Counted from the first letter of the stretch, positions 1 through 10,119 are shown. The stretch is DNA of 64,000 bases from Steroidobacteraceae bacterium (GCA_046352935.1 JAXMGR010000021.1:6089-70088), one strand, 5' to 3'. The notes: generated from the letters alone by a model not told the origin. Program-made: numbers and translations.

Positions 1-364
1 CCGAGCCGAAGAAGGACGACTCGCGCCGCACAGTGCGGTCGACGAACTGGTCCACGAGCACGAAGAGTCCCGGATGCAGTTCCTCGCGGAACGAGCCACA
101 GGCCGAGAACGAGACCAGGTCTGTCACGCCGACGCGCTTCAGCGCATCGATGTTGGCGCGGTAGTTGATCTCGCCCGGCGCGAGGCGGTGGCCGCGGCCA
201 TGGCGCGGCAGGAACACGACCTCCGTGCCGCCGATGTGGCCGATGCGCAGTGCGTCCGAGGGATCGCCCCACGGGGTCCGCACCCGGCGTTCGGTGACGC
301 CCTCGAGTCCGGGCAGGTCATAGATGCCGGAACCACCGATGATTCCGAGGACGGATCTGGCCAC
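1..364 (-). CDS. mtnP: S-methyl-5'-thioadenosine phosphorylase (MTAP), N-terminal part; C-terminus lies outside the window
   Basis: My own minus-strand translation from GTG at 364 (AGGAAG 6 nt upstream) gives VARSVLGIIGGSGIYDLPGLEGVTERRVRTPWGDPSDALRIGHIGGTEVVFLPRHGRGHRLAPGEINYRANIDALKRVGVTDLVSFSACGSFREEL. The motifs GIIGGSG, FLPRHGRGH and INYRANI are typical of MTAP. It is missing from the ORF track, which has no minus-strand entry in this frame. Confidence 0.85.
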   Translation of the reverse strand, partial: MARSVLGIIGGSGIYDLPGLEGVTERRVRTPWGDPSDALRIGHIGGTEVVFLPRHGRGHRLAPGEINYRANIDALKRVGVTDLVSFSACGSFREELHPGLFVLVDQFVDRTVRRESSFFGS

Positions 365-634
365 GTTTGCTTCCTGGTTCCTGGATGACGGCAACGGCGG
401 TCACGGCTCCAGCGAGCGGATCGCGCCAGGGCGCAGATGTTGCCGAGTCGCAGCCGGGCGGACAAGGCGCCGGCGAACCCGCTGGTGATCCCGTCGTGGC
501 GCGGATTCCGATCGCGCCCGCGAGCCGCGACCTGTTCCTCCGGGTGGGGCGCCGAGGGTCTTGCGGCCTGCGGCGACGACGGGCAGGGTGTGAGCCGTGT
601 CGAGCCACCTTCGTCGAGCTGTCCACAACGAGGC

Positions 635-1114
635 ATGGGCATGAGAACGCTCCTCCATCCGCTGGTGCTGGTCGTTGCGCTTTCCGGTGCGGGCATGCCG
701 GCCGTGACAGGGGCGCAGACGCCGCTGCCTGCGGTGCCGCCGAAGCAGAGCGTGCAGTGGCTCGACCGCCTGGTCGTGGATCCCCGGCTGGTCGCCCGGG
801 ACGGCATGCAGTCCGTCACCGCCGCCGTGCGGCTCAGGCAGCGGGCGGCGATGCCCATGAAGATCGATCTCGAACTCGTGGGCGGCACGCCGGTCCGCGG
901 CAATGCCGCCATGCAGCGCGTCGAATGTGTCTGGACCTACCGTTCGATCTACCTCTCGCAGCGCACGATTCTCGAGAGCGTCCCGATCTATACCGGCAGC
1001 CTCCGATCCGGCGCCGACGCGCCGTCCGCGACGGTGCCGAAGACCATCACGATCGTGGCTCGCTACGGAGCCGAGCGCCTGTCGGCCTCGTTCACGGTGA
1101 ATTGTCCGCAGTGA
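635..1114 (+). CDS. hypothetical exported protein
   Basis: Frame of track ORF 437..1114. The internal ATG at 635 gives a signal-peptide-like N-terminus, MGMRTLLHPLVLVVALSGAGMPAVTGAQT. I recognise no family. Confidence 0.5.
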   Translation: MGMRTLLHPLVLVVALSGAGMPAVTGAQTPLPAVPPKQSVQWLDRLVVDPRLVARDGMQSVTAAVRLRQRAAMPMKIDLELVGGTPVRGNAAMQRVECVWTYRSIYLSQRTILESVPIYTGSLRSGADAPSATVPKTITIVARYGAERLSASFTVNCPQ

Positions 1115-1176
1115 CGGGGGGGCCCCACTGCGCTGGCGCCCCCGTCCGCGGCGTCGGTGCGGTGTGGTCCGACACG

Positions 1177-2040
1177 ATGCGTCGGGCGATTCTGCTCGGT
1201 GCCGCGCTGCTGTGCGCGGTGCCGGGCGAGGTACGGGCCGCGAGCCTGAGCGGGATCGTGCCGGGTCACCCGGGCCTCGCCGTGACCGAGGCGGTCGGCG
1301 ACCTCATCGACTCGTGGCTCCCTGGTGTCACCAACCTGCGCCTGGGGCTGGGCCCGGTCGTCGCGCCCGCCTACGAGGGCAGTGACGACTACGACCTGCG
1401 CCTCGCTCCGCTCGTCTCGCTGCGTTACCGGAACCTGATCGAGATCGACAACAACGACGTGCGGCTCAACGTGCTGGGCAGGCGGGGTGCCCTGCTGCAA
1501 TCCACGCGCTTCAGTGCGGGTCCGACGCTGAAAGTCGATTTCGGCCGCAGCGCCGGCGCCTCGCCCGACCTGGCGGGTCTCGGCGACGTCGATACCAGCA
1601 TCGAGGTGGGCGCCTTCGCCAGTTACGCGGCGGAGCCATGGCGGTTCCGCTTGCGCCTGCGCCAGGACGTCGCGAACGGCCACGGCGGGCTGCTCGCCGA
1701 TGCCGATGTCGGCCGGATCGTGTACCGGCGACCCGGTTCGAGCGTCGCGGCGCGACTCTCGACGACCTGGGCCAGCGGCGGATACATGCGGTCGCTGTTC
1801 GGCGTCGACGATCGTCAGGCCGTGGCCTCCGGTCTGCCCGCATTTGCGGCGGGTGCCGGCATGAAGGACGTTTCCGTGAGCGCAGCAGGCGAGTTCACGC
1901 TCGTTCCGCGGCTCGCCATCGTGCTGCATGCCGGGGTGCAGCACCTGCTGGGTGATGCACGGCGCAGCCCGATCGTCCGGCTGCGTGGCAGCGCCGTGCA
2001 GTTCAACGCCGGCCTCTACGTGACGTACTCGTTCGATTGA
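1177..2040 (+). CDS. MipA/OmpV family outer-membrane protein
   Basis: In frame with track ORF 367..2040. Signal peptide MRRAILLGAALLCAVPGEVRA. It has an alternating beta-strand pattern, a GLGPVVAPAYEGSDDYDLRLAPLVSLRY block typical of MltA-interacting proteins, and an aromatic C-terminus (LYVTYSFD). Confidence 0.7.
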   Translation: MRRAILLGAALLCAVPGEVRAASLSGIVPGHPGLAVTEAVGDLIDSWLPGVTNLRLGLGPVVAPAYEGSDDYDLRLAPLVSLRYRNLIEIDNNDVRLNVLGRRGALLQSTRFSAGPTLKVDFGRSAGASPDLAGLGDVDTSIEVGAFASYAAEPWRFRLRLRQDVANGHGGLLADADVGRIVYRRPGSSVAARLSTTWASGGYMRSLFGVDDRQAVASGLPAFAAGAGMKDVSVSAAGEFTLVPRLAIVLHAGVQHLLGDARRSPIVRLRGSAVQFNAGLYVTYSFD

Positions 2041-2076
2041 GGCGGCGGGTGCGCCTGCCCCGGTCACTCGATGGCT

Positions 2077-2853
2077 TCAGAGGCCGAGTACCACTCGTTC
2101 TTCGTAGTCCATCGCACGCGGTCGGCCCAGGTGGAAGCCTGGAATGAAGCGCGAACGCAGCAGCTCCGCTTCCGCGCGCGCCGAATCGAAGTTGAGGCTG
2201 GCATCGTTGCTGATGCGTCCACGGGCGGGCACACCGGTGTCGGACACGTGCACCGTGAGCCGGAACATCGATCGTCCGCGGGGCCCGGAACGGTGCCGAT
2301 GGCCGTCCTGGACGAAATGCACGCGACGGCGCCAGCCGCCGTCATCGAGCACCTCCTGCGGCGCCACGTAGTTGAGGTCCATCTCGGGATCCAGCCGCCC
2401 CGCGTTCGGCATCAGGGACACCTGGCAGGACCGGCCGTCGTCGGCGAACAGCGCGGCGACATAGAGCCGCACCGGGACGGCGACGTCGTCGATGCGGGCG
2501 GGCTGGAAACGCGCGGACGGCAGCAGCGACTGCAGGTGCTCGCCGAATCGTCGTGACCGACCCCGCGGCACGAGGCACTGCACGGATCCGTCATCGACCG
2601 TGCCGGCTGCCGTGACGTTCAGGGAACAGGTGACGATCAACGACGTGCGCCGCCTGCGTCGTGGCGGGCAGGTCGCGAGTGCGGCCAGCGACCCCGGACC
2701 TCCGACAGAAAGCGCCGGCACGAAGCGATGTTGTGGCAGAGGCGGGAGTGGACTCCCGGACTCTCTCCCGGCAACCGCGGAGTCGTCGGCCCGGGCGGGC
2801 ATCGCCTGCAGCGTGATCATCAGCAGCAGGAGCCCAAGGGTCTTGGCTTCCAT
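2077..2853 (-). CDS. hypothetical secreted protein, possibly with two TonB-C-like repeats
   Basis: Track ORF 2077..2931. The internal start MEAKTLGLLLLMITLQAMPARA is a signal peptide. Two segments (VTCSLNVTAAGTVDDGSVQC...FQPARIDDVAVPVRL and FRLTVHVSDTGVPARGRI...FIPGFHLGRPRAM) resemble TonB C-terminal domains, but this is a weak similarity judged by eye. Confidence 0.45.
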   Translation of the reverse strand: MEAKTLGLLLLMITLQAMPARADDSAVAGRESGSPLPPLPQHRFVPALSVGGPGSLAALATCPPRRRRRTSLIVTCSLNVTAAGTVDDGSVQCLVPRGRSRRFGEHLQSLLPSARFQPARIDDVAVPVRLYVAALFADDGRSCQVSLMPNAGRLDPEMDLNYVAPQEVLDDGGWRRRVHFVQDGHRHRSGPRGRSMFRLTVHVSDTGVPARGRISNDASLNFDSARAEAELLRSRFIPGFHLGRPRAMDYEERVVLGL

Positions 2854-2985
2854 CCCGGTACGTCCCTGTCGCCGTCCAGCGAGCCGTGGATGACATCCTG
2901 CCACGGAGTGGCCGGGACACGGGTCTGCCATGCGGGCCGGCGGAGTCCCGTGCCGCTTCGCAGCCGTCGGTCACGGCACCGGCGG

Positions 2986-4608
2986 CTATTGCTGATAGTT
3001 GCTGCTCGCGCGCGCGGTCTCGGCGATGTGCACGTTGACGAGGGCGGCACGGCCCGTCGCGCGCGCGCGCTCCAGCGCCGGGCGCAGATCGGCGGCGCGC
3101 TCGACGAATTCGCCGTGCCCGCCCAGTCCCGCCACCACGCGATCGTAGCGCTGCACGCCCAGATCAGTGGCGACCAGCCGGTCCGGATAGGTTGCCCTGT
3201 GGAAGGTCTTGATGTTGTTCCACACGCCGTCGTTGCCGACCACGCCGAGGATCGGCAGGCGGTGGCGCAGGAAGGTGTCGAACTCCATGGCGTGGAAGCC
3301 GAAACCGCCGTCACCGTAGACGAGGCCGACGAGCCGGTCCGGGAACGCGAGCTGTGCGGCGAGCGCGAAGCCCGGTCCGGTGCCCAGCGTGCCGAAGGGG
3401 CCGGGGTCGAGCAGGTGGCCCTGGGTGGACGTCTGCAGCCAGCGCGCGGTGGTGGAGACGATGTCGCCGCCGTCGACCGCAACCAGCGCATCGGGACCGA
3501 AGAATTCGCCCACTTCGCGGCCGAAGCGCTGCGGCGCGACGGGGGCTCCGTCGGCCGCGGCCTCGACCTGCGCGCGTGCCAGTGCCTCGACTTCCAGGCC
3601 CGCCATCCGCGCGGCCCACTCGCCACGTGGCTGGATGCCGGCGCAGGCCTCGAGGAGCTGCGTGACCACGGTGGCCGGGTCGGCGACGAGCCCGCAGGCC
3701 ACCGGCCGGTTCCAGCCGATGCGGCCCGGCTCGCGATCGATCTGGATCACGCGCGCGTCGGCGGCGAATCGCCGGCCGTAGCCCGCGCGGAAGTCGAAGT
3801 CGACGCCGAGCGCGAGCACGACGTCCGCCGCCGCGAAAGCAGCGCTGCGCGCATTGACGCAGGCGAGCGGATGGCCGTGCGGCAGAGAGCCGCGCGCACG
3901 CGAGTTCAGCGCCAGCGGCGCACCCAGCATTTCCGCGAGCGCGCGCAGTTCCGGCGCGCCGCCTTCGTAGCCGCCGCCCGCGAACAGCAGCGGCCGCTCC
4001 GCGGCGGCGAGCAGCGAGCGGAGGGTGGCGAGATCGGCAGTGGTGGCGCCGGCGCGGAGGTTGGCCCGCGATTGCTCGGGCCAGAGCACCGCACTCTCGG
4101 CGATCGACGCGTAGAGCAGATCCATCGGGACGTCGAGGAACACCGGACCGCCGCGGCCGGCGAAGGCGTGGCGCGTGGCGACGCTCACGGTCTCGGCGAG
4201 CCTCGCCGTCTCCCAGCCGGTGCCGGCCCAGGCCGTGATCGAGGCGAACAGGCGCGGGTGATCCATCTCCTGCAGGCCGCCCATCTGTTCCTGGCGGATG
4301 GCGTGCCGGCCACCGATGAGGAGCATGGGCGTGCGGGAGTACCAGGCGTTGGCCACGCCGGTGACGGCATCGGTGACTCCGGGACCGGCGGTCACCGCCG
4401 CGACGCCCAGGCGCCCGGTCAGGCGGGTCCAGGCCTCGGCCGCGTGCGCGGCGGTCTGCTCGTGGCGGACGTCGACGACGCGGATGCCCTCCTGCACGCA
4501 ACCGTCGAGGATGGGGAGGATGTGCCCGCCGGTCAGCGTGAACAGGACCTCGACGCCCTCCCGGCGCAGCGCGCGGGCGACGACCCGACCCCCGTGCAGG
4601 GTTGCCAT
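2986..4608 (-). CDS. thiamine-diphosphate-dependent enzyme (acetolactate synthase / oxalyl-CoA decarboxylase / 2-hydroxyacyl-CoA lyase superfamily)
   Basis: Track ORF 2986..4626, start taken at MATLHGGRVVARALRREGVEVLFTLTGGHILPILDG. ThDP-binding motif GDGGFGFHAMEFDTFLRHRLPILGVVGNDGVWNN. Three-domain length of about 540 aa. Confidence 0.85.
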   Translation of the reverse strand: MATLHGGRVVARALRREGVEVLFTLTGGHILPILDGCVQEGIRVVDVRHEQTAAHAAEAWTRLTGRLGVAAVTAGPGVTDAVTGVANAWYSRTPMLLIGGRHAIRQEQMGGLQEMDHPRLFASITAWAGTGWETARLAETVSVATRHAFAGRGGPVFLDVPMDLLYASIAESAVLWPEQSRANLRAGATTADLATLRSLLAAAERPLLFAGGGYEGGAPELRALAEMLGAPLALNSRARGSLPHGHPLACVNARSAAFAAADVVLALGVDFDFRAGYGRRFAADARVIQIDREPGRIGWNRPVACGLVADPATVVTQLLEACAGIQPRGEWAARMAGLEVEALARAQVEAAADGAPVAPQRFGREVGEFFGPDALVAVDGGDIVSTTARWLQTSTQGHLLDPGPFGTLGTGPGFALAAQLAFPDRLVGLVYGDGGFGFHAMEFDTFLRHRLPILGVVGNDGVWNNIKTFHRATYPDRLVATDLGVQRYDRVVAGLGGHGEFVERAADLRPALERARATGRAALVNVHIAETARASSNYQQ

Positions 4609-4685
4609 GCATGCCGCTCCTTGCAAAGATCGGACTCGAATCTAGCACTGCTTCAGGATTGAACCAAAGACACCGGGGAGCGATC

Positions 4686-6785
4686 GTGCGCTTCAGGATC
4701 GGGGTGGACGTCGGTGGCACCTTCACCGACCTGCAGGTGAGCGACGACGCGGGCGCGGCACGCATCTTCAAGGCGCCGACCACGCCCGCCGACCCCAGTC
4801 ACGGGTTCTTCGACGCCATCGGCCGTGCGGCGGCCAGCTACGGGCTCGCGATGGAGGATTTCCTCGCCGCCGTCGACACCATCATCCACGGCACGACGAT
4901 CACCACCAACGCCACCCTGACCGGTGGCGGCGTGCGCACCGGAATGCTCACCACGCGTGGTTTCCGCGACATCCTCAACATGCGCCGCGGCCTCAAGACC
5001 GGCAGCCGCTACGACCTCGCGTTGTCGCCGCCGCCGCCCCTGGTGCCGCGCGCGCTCGTCGTGCCGGTCACCGAGCGGGTGGGCGCGAGCGGCGAGGTGC
5101 TGCTGCCTCTCGCCGAGGACGAGGTGCGCGCCGGCGCGGCGCTGCTGGCGAGCGCGGGCGTCGAGGCGGTGGCGGTCTCCTACCTGTGGTCGTTCCTCAA
5201 CCCCGCGCACGAACGGCGCACGGGTGAGCTGCTGGAAGCGCTGCTGCCGGGCGTGTACGTCTCGCTGTCCTGCGATGTGCTGCCGCAGATCCGTGCCTAC
5301 GAGCGCCACTCCACCACGGCGCTGAACGCCTATGTCGGCCCGCTGCTCGCGCGCTATCTCGACCGCCTGCGCGAACGGCTCGATGCGCTCGGCTTCCGCG
5401 GCCGGCTGCTGATCATGCAGTCGAACGGCGGCGTGATGTCGCCGGAGCTCACGCGCCGCTTCGCGGTGAACACGCTGCTGTCCGGGCCGGCCGGCGGGCC
5501 GGTCGCCGCCATACACCACGGCCGGCTGCAGGGGCTCTGCGATCTCATCAGCGTGGACATGGGTGGCACGAGCTTCGATGTCGCGGTGGTCCCGGACGGT
5601 ACGCCGGCGGTCTCGGCCGAGAACGACGTCGGCGGCTATCACGTCGGCACGCCGATGCTGGACATCCACACGGTGGGCGCGGGCGGGGGCTCGATCGCGC
5701 GCGTGGACGGCGGCGGTTTGCTGCAGGTCGGCCCGGGGAGCGCCGGCGCCGACCCGGGACCGGCCTGTTATGGCCGCGGCGGCCGCAACGCGACGGTGAC
5801 CGACGCGGACCTTGTCCTCGGCTACCTCGATCCGGATTATTTTCACGGCGGCGAGCTGCGCCTCGATCGTGCCGCCGCCGAGGCCGCCATCACCGAGCAC
5901 GTCGCCGGGCCGCTGGGCCTCGGATTGCCTGAGGCGGCCTGGGGCATCTACCGCGTCGCGAATTCGATCATGAGCGGCGCGGTGGCGGTGGTGACCATCC
6001 AGCGCGGTCACGATCCGCGCGACTTCGCGCTGGTCGTGGCCGGTGGCGCGGGGCCGATCCACGCGCTGCCGATCGCCGCGGATCTGGGCATCGGGACCCT
6101 GCTCGTGCCGCGCGTGTCCTCGGTGTTCTGTGCCTCCGGCATGCTGCTGTCCGATCTCAAGCAGAGCTGGGTCCGCACCTGCGCGACGGCCGATGGACGG
6201 CTCGACCTCGCGCGCGCCGCGGCCCGGTTCGCCGAGATGACGGCCGAGGCGCGCGCGGTGTTCGCCGCGCAGGGTGTGAGCGTCGAGGCGCTCGCGCTGC
6301 ACTATGCCGCGGATCTGCGCTACGCCGGTCAGTTCCACGAAGTCGAGGTGCCGGGGTTCGACGGCGGGCGCGCGGATGCCGACAGCTGGGCGGCGCTCAC
6401 CGCGGCCTTCCACTCACGCCACGATGCGCTGTATGGCTACAGCATTCCGGGCGGCGAGGTCGAGCTGATCAATGTGCGTCTGACTGTGATCGGTGCCACG
6501 CCACGTCCGGCTCCGGCGCCGGCGGCCGATGGCGGCGCCGACTCGGGTCACGCGCTCAAGGGACACCGCCCGGCCTGGTTCTCCGGCCGCTACCGCGACA
6601 CCCCGGTCTTCGATGGCGCCGCGCTGGTGCCGGGCAACCGACTCACCGGGCCGGCCATCGTCGAGCAGGCGACCACGACCATCGTGGTGACGCCCGGTGC
6701 GACGCTGGAATGCGATCCGTGGTCCAACTTCCTCGTCCGGCTCCCGCCAGCCAGCGGCGCGGCGTCGGCGGAGCGCCGCCCATGA
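4686..6785 (+). CDS. hydantoinase A / oxoprolinase / acetone-carboxylase-beta family, ATP-dependent subunit
   Basis: GTG at 4686 lies in frame with track ORF 4602..6785 and is preceded by GGGGAG. N-terminus is VRFRIGVDVGGTFTDL. Motifs DMGGTSFDV and GPGSAGADPGPACYGRGG are hallmarks of the HyuA family. Confidence 0.85.
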   Translation: MRFRIGVDVGGTFTDLQVSDDAGAARIFKAPTTPADPSHGFFDAIGRAAASYGLAMEDFLAAVDTIIHGTTITTNATLTGGGVRTGMLTTRGFRDILNMRRGLKTGSRYDLALSPPPPLVPRALVVPVTERVGASGEVLLPLAEDEVRAGAALLASAGVEAVAVSYLWSFLNPAHERRTGELLEALLPGVYVSLSCDVLPQIRAYERHSTTALNAYVGPLLARYLDRLRERLDALGFRGRLLIMQSNGGVMSPELTRRFAVNTLLSGPAGGPVAAIHHGRLQGLCDLISVDMGGTSFDVAVVPDGTPAVSAENDVGGYHVGTPMLDIHTVGAGGGSIARVDGGGLLQVGPGSAGADPGPACYGRGGRNATVTDADLVLGYLDPDYFHGGELRLDRAAAEAAITEHVAGPLGLGLPEAAWGIYRVANSIMSGAVAVVTIQRGHDPRDFALVVAGGAGPIHALPIAADLGIGTLLVPRVSSVFCASGMLLSDLKQSWVRTCATADGRLDLARAAARFAEMTAEARAVFAAQGVSVEALALHYAADLRYAGQFHEVEVPGFDGGRADADSWAALTAAFHSRHDALYGYSIPGGEVELINVRLTVIGATPRPAPAPAADGGADSGHALKGHRPAWFSGRYRDTPVFDGAALVPGNRLTGPAIVEQATTTIVVTPGATLECDPWSNFLVRLPPASGAASAERRP

Positions 6786-8545
6786 GCACCCCCGATCCGG
6801 TCGACGTCGCCGTCATCGCCGCACGTCTCGCGTCCATCTGCCGCGAGATGGGTGAGACCATGCTGCGCACCTCGCGCTCGCCTATCTTTTCCGAGGCGCG
6901 TGATTTCACGACCGCCGTCTTCGACGCCGGGCCGCGCCTCCTCGCCCAGACGATCTACATCCCCAATATCGCCGCTTCCACGCCCTTCGCGGCGCGCGCA
7001 GTGGCGAGCCGCTTCGGCGCGCGTGCTCGGCGCGGCGACCTGTACGTGCTCAACGACCCGTTCCGCGGCAACAACCACCCGCCGGACCTGAACGTCCTCG
7101 CGCCGGTGTTCGCCGGCGACGTGCTCGCCTTCTGGGTGCTCGCGAAGGGCCATCAGGCCGACATCGGCGGCGGCGGCGTGGTCGGCTACAACCCCGGCGC
7201 GCGCGATGCGTGGGAGGACGCGCTGCGCATCCCCTGCCTGCAGATCGCCGAGGCCGGCGTGCTGCGCGAGGACGTGGTGGATTTCATCCTGCTGAACGTG
7301 CGCGCGCGCGATCTCGTCGACGGCGACCTGCGCTGCCAGATCGGCGCGGTGAACCTCGGGGTTCGCCGCCTGGAGGCCCTGCTCGCGAGCCAGGGCATGG
7401 CGACGCTCGCGGCCGCGGTCGATGCCATCCTCGACGCCACCGAGCGGCGCGTGCGGGCGAGCATCACCGCGATCCCCGATGGCGAGTACCGCGCCCTGCG
7501 CGCCATCGACCACGACGGCGTCGATCGCAGCCGCAGTCCCGTGGTGCGCCTGGCGCTCCGCGTGACGGGCGACGCCGTGACCTTCGACTACACCGGCAGC
7601 GACGCGCAGGTCGCCGGCTACCTGAACAGCACGATGCCGAACACCACCGCGCTCAGCCAGCTCGCGCTGTTCGCGACCCACGCGATCGCCAAGGACATTC
7701 CCTTCAACGAGGGTGCGGTGCGGCCACTGACCGTGATCGCGCCGGAAGGCTCGCTGCTGAATGCGCGCGAGCCGGCCGCCACCTCGGCCTGCACGCTGTG
7801 CACGGGCGAGGCCATCGTCGAGGCCGTGTGGCTCGCGCTCGCACAGGTTCTGCCCGAGGCAGTGCCGGCCCTGTGGGCGCGCTGGTGCGCTCCGGCCACG
7901 GCCGGCATCAATCCGCGTACCGGACGATTCTTCGCCGACATCCACTTCATGAGCAAGGGTGGCGGCGGCGCGCTGCACGGCCACGACGGCTGGGATCACA
8001 TCGGCACACCGGTGACCCTGGGTGGCCTGCGTGCGCCGGATCCGGAGCTGCACGAGCTGGTCGCGCCCTACCGGCTGCTGGAGTACGAGTACCTGCAGGA
8101 CAGCGCCGGCGCTGGCGAGTGGCGCGGCGGGCTCGGCGTGCGCTACGCCTGGGAAGTGCTGGCCGACGGCATCGCCTGCGCGAATTTCGGCAGCGGTGTG
8201 CGCGAGGCGACTGCCCCGTGCGGACTCGCCGGTGGCGCGGGTGCGGCCCCTCACGAGCTCTGGCTCGATCACGCCGACGGGACGCGGGAGGCGGTCGACG
8301 GGAACAGCTTCTACCGGCTGGCGCGTGGTGACCGTTTTCACATCCATGCGAGCGGTGGCGGTGGTTATGGCGATCCTCACCACAGGCCCGCGGCACGCGT
8401 GCTCGCCGACGTGCGCGACGGCGTGGTCTCTCCCGAGGTGGCCCGCGCGCAGTACGGCGTTGCGGTGCGCACCGAAGGCGCGGCGATCGACTGGACCGTC
8501 GACGAGGCGCAGACCGCCGCACTGCGCGGAGCGCGGCGGCAATGA
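6782..8545 (+). CDS. hydantoinase B / oxoprolinase family subunit
   Basis: MSTPDPVDVAVIAARLASICREMGETMLRTSRSPIFSEARDFTTAVFD, with NDPFRGNNHPPDLNVLAPVF and GHQADIGG. The ATG overlaps the upstream stop (ATGA at 6782-6785). Confidence 0.85.
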   Translation: MSTPDPVDVAVIAARLASICREMGETMLRTSRSPIFSEARDFTTAVFDAGPRLLAQTIYIPNIAASTPFAARAVASRFGARARRGDLYVLNDPFRGNNHPPDLNVLAPVFAGDVLAFWVLAKGHQADIGGGGVVGYNPGARDAWEDALRIPCLQIAEAGVLREDVVDFILLNVRARDLVDGDLRCQIGAVNLGVRRLEALLASQGMATLAAAVDAILDATERRVRASITAIPDGEYRALRAIDHDGVDRSRSPVVRLALRVTGDAVTFDYTGSDAQVAGYLNSTMPNTTALSQLALFATHAIAKDIPFNEGAVRPLTVIAPEGSLLNAREPAATSACTLCTGEAIVEAVWLALAQVLPEAVPALWARWCAPATAGINPRTGRFFADIHFMSKGGGGALHGHDGWDHIGTPVTLGGLRAPDPELHELVAPYRLLEYEYLQDSAGAGEWRGGLGVRYAWEVLADGIACANFGSGVREATAPCGLAGGAGAAPHELWLDHADGTREAVDGNSFYRLARGDRFHIHASGGGGYGDPHHRPAARVLADVRDGVVSPEVARAQYGVAVRTEGAAIDWTVDEAQTAALRGARRQ

Positions 8546-10119
8546 GCCGTCCAGCGAGTGTCACCGGCGTACAGCCCATGCCGCGCGTGCACGCCACCGT
8601 CGTGCACATGCTTGCCGAGGCGGCGGCGCAGGCGCCGGCCGGTATCGCCGTGCGCTGCGACGGCGAGTCGCTGCGCTACGACGCGCTGCTGCGCGCGGCC
8701 GCCGGCTTCGCCCGCCATCTGGCGGCGCGTGGCATCGGTCGCGGCGACCGCGTCGCGGTGCTGCTCGGCAACGGCATCGAGATCGCCGTGACGCTGTACG
8801 GTGTGCACGCGCTCGGCGCGCAGGCCGTGCCGGTCAACCCCGCGTACACGGCGCGCGAGCTCGGTGAGATCCTCGCCGACGCCGCACCGCACTGCCTCGT
8901 CGCGGGCAGTGCCCAGGCAGAGTTCGCCGCGGCGCTCGCCGCACAGGCCGGTGCCGGCACGCCCGTGCTGTGGAACGAGGAACTGGTCGCCGCGCGCCGG
9001 CGCTGGGCGGGTGACGCCACGCTCACGCTGCCTGTGCCGCTGCCCGATCCGGGCTGGCCGGCGACGCTCATGTACACGGGCGGCACCACGGGCCGCGCGA
9101 AGGGCGTGGACATCGCGCACGGGCCGATGGCGCTGAACGTGAGCCAGCGCGAGGCGCTGCTGCCGACGCAGGCCGGCGACGAACGCATCCTGTGCGTGAT
9201 GCCCATGTTCCACAGCTTCGCGATGCTGATGTGCCTGTACTCGGCCTGCTACGCACGCGGCACGCTCGTCATCCTGCCGCGCTACCACCCGGAACTCGTC
9301 ACGACCGCCCTCGTGCGCGAACGCATCACTTTCTTCCCGGCGAGCCCGACCATGCTGACGGGGCTGCTGGGCTACGAACCCTTCCTCGCGACACGGCTCA
9401 CCGACCTGCGCCTGACACTGTCGGGCTCGGCGGCGCTGCCGGTCGAGATCCTCAACCGCTGGCAGGCGCAGACCGGCTGCCGCGTGCTGGAGGGCTACGG
9501 CCTCACCGAGGCCGGGCCGATGCTGAGCTACAACCCGCGCGATGGCGTCAGCAAGCCCGGCTCGGTCGGCCTGCCCGCGCCCGGCATCACGCTCGAGATC
9601 GTCGATCCCGACAGCGGCGCGCGGGTGCTCGGGCGTGGCGAGCAGGGCGAGGTGCGCGCGCGCGGCGCGCAGCTCATGACCGGGTACCGCAATCTGCCGG
9701 AGCAGACCGCCGAGACGCTGCGCGGCGGCTGGCTGTACACCGGTGACATCGGCGAGCTGGACGAGGACGGCTACCTCTTCATCCGCGACCGCAAGAAGGA
9801 CATGGCGATCGTCGGCGGCTACAACGTCTACCCGCGCGAGATCGACGAGGTGCTGTACTCGCATCCCGAGGTCGCCGAGGTGGGCGCGGTCGGCGTACCC
9901 GACGCCTACCGCGGCGAGATCGTGAAGGCCTACGTGGTGCCGCGTCCGGGCTGCAGTCCGGGCGAGGAGGCGCTGCTCGCGCACTGTCGCGCCAACCTCG
10001 CCGGCTACAAGGTCCCGGCAAGGATCGAATTCGTGAGCGCACTGCCGCGTACCCAGGTCGGCAAGCTCGATCGCAAGGCGCTGCGCGCCCTGGCGACGGC
10101 CGGCGTGGGCGCGGCGTGA
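8542..10119 (+). CDS. AMP-dependent acyl-CoA synthetase/ligase
   Basis: Motifs MYTGGTTGRAKG, EGYGLTEAGP and YTGDIGELDEDGYLFIRDRKKDM. The start overlaps the hyuB-like stop (ATGA). Confidence 0.85.
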   Translation: MSRPASVTGVQPMPRVHATVVHMLAEAAAQAPAGIAVRCDGESLRYDALLRAAAGFARHLAARGIGRGDRVAVLLGNGIEIAVTLYGVHALGAQAVPVNPAYTARELGEILADAAPHCLVAGSAQAEFAAALAAQAGAGTPVLWNEELVAARRRWAGDATLTLPVPLPDPGWPATLMYTGGTTGRAKGVDIAHGPMALNVSQREALLPTQAGDERILCVMPMFHSFAMLMCLYSACYARGTLVILPRYHPELVTTALVRERITFFPASPTMLTGLLGYEPFLATRLTDLRLTLSGSAALPVEILNRWQAQTGCRVLEGYGLTEAGPMLSYNPRDGVSKPGSVGLPAPGITLEIVDPDSGARVLGRGEQGEVRARGAQLMTGYRNLPEQTAETLRGGWLYTGDIGELDEDGYLFIRDRKKDMAIVGGYNVYPREIDEVLYSHPEVAEVGAVGVPDAYRGEIVKAYVVPRPGCSPGEEALLAHCRANLAGYKVPARIEFVSALPRTQVGKLDRKALRALATAGVGAA

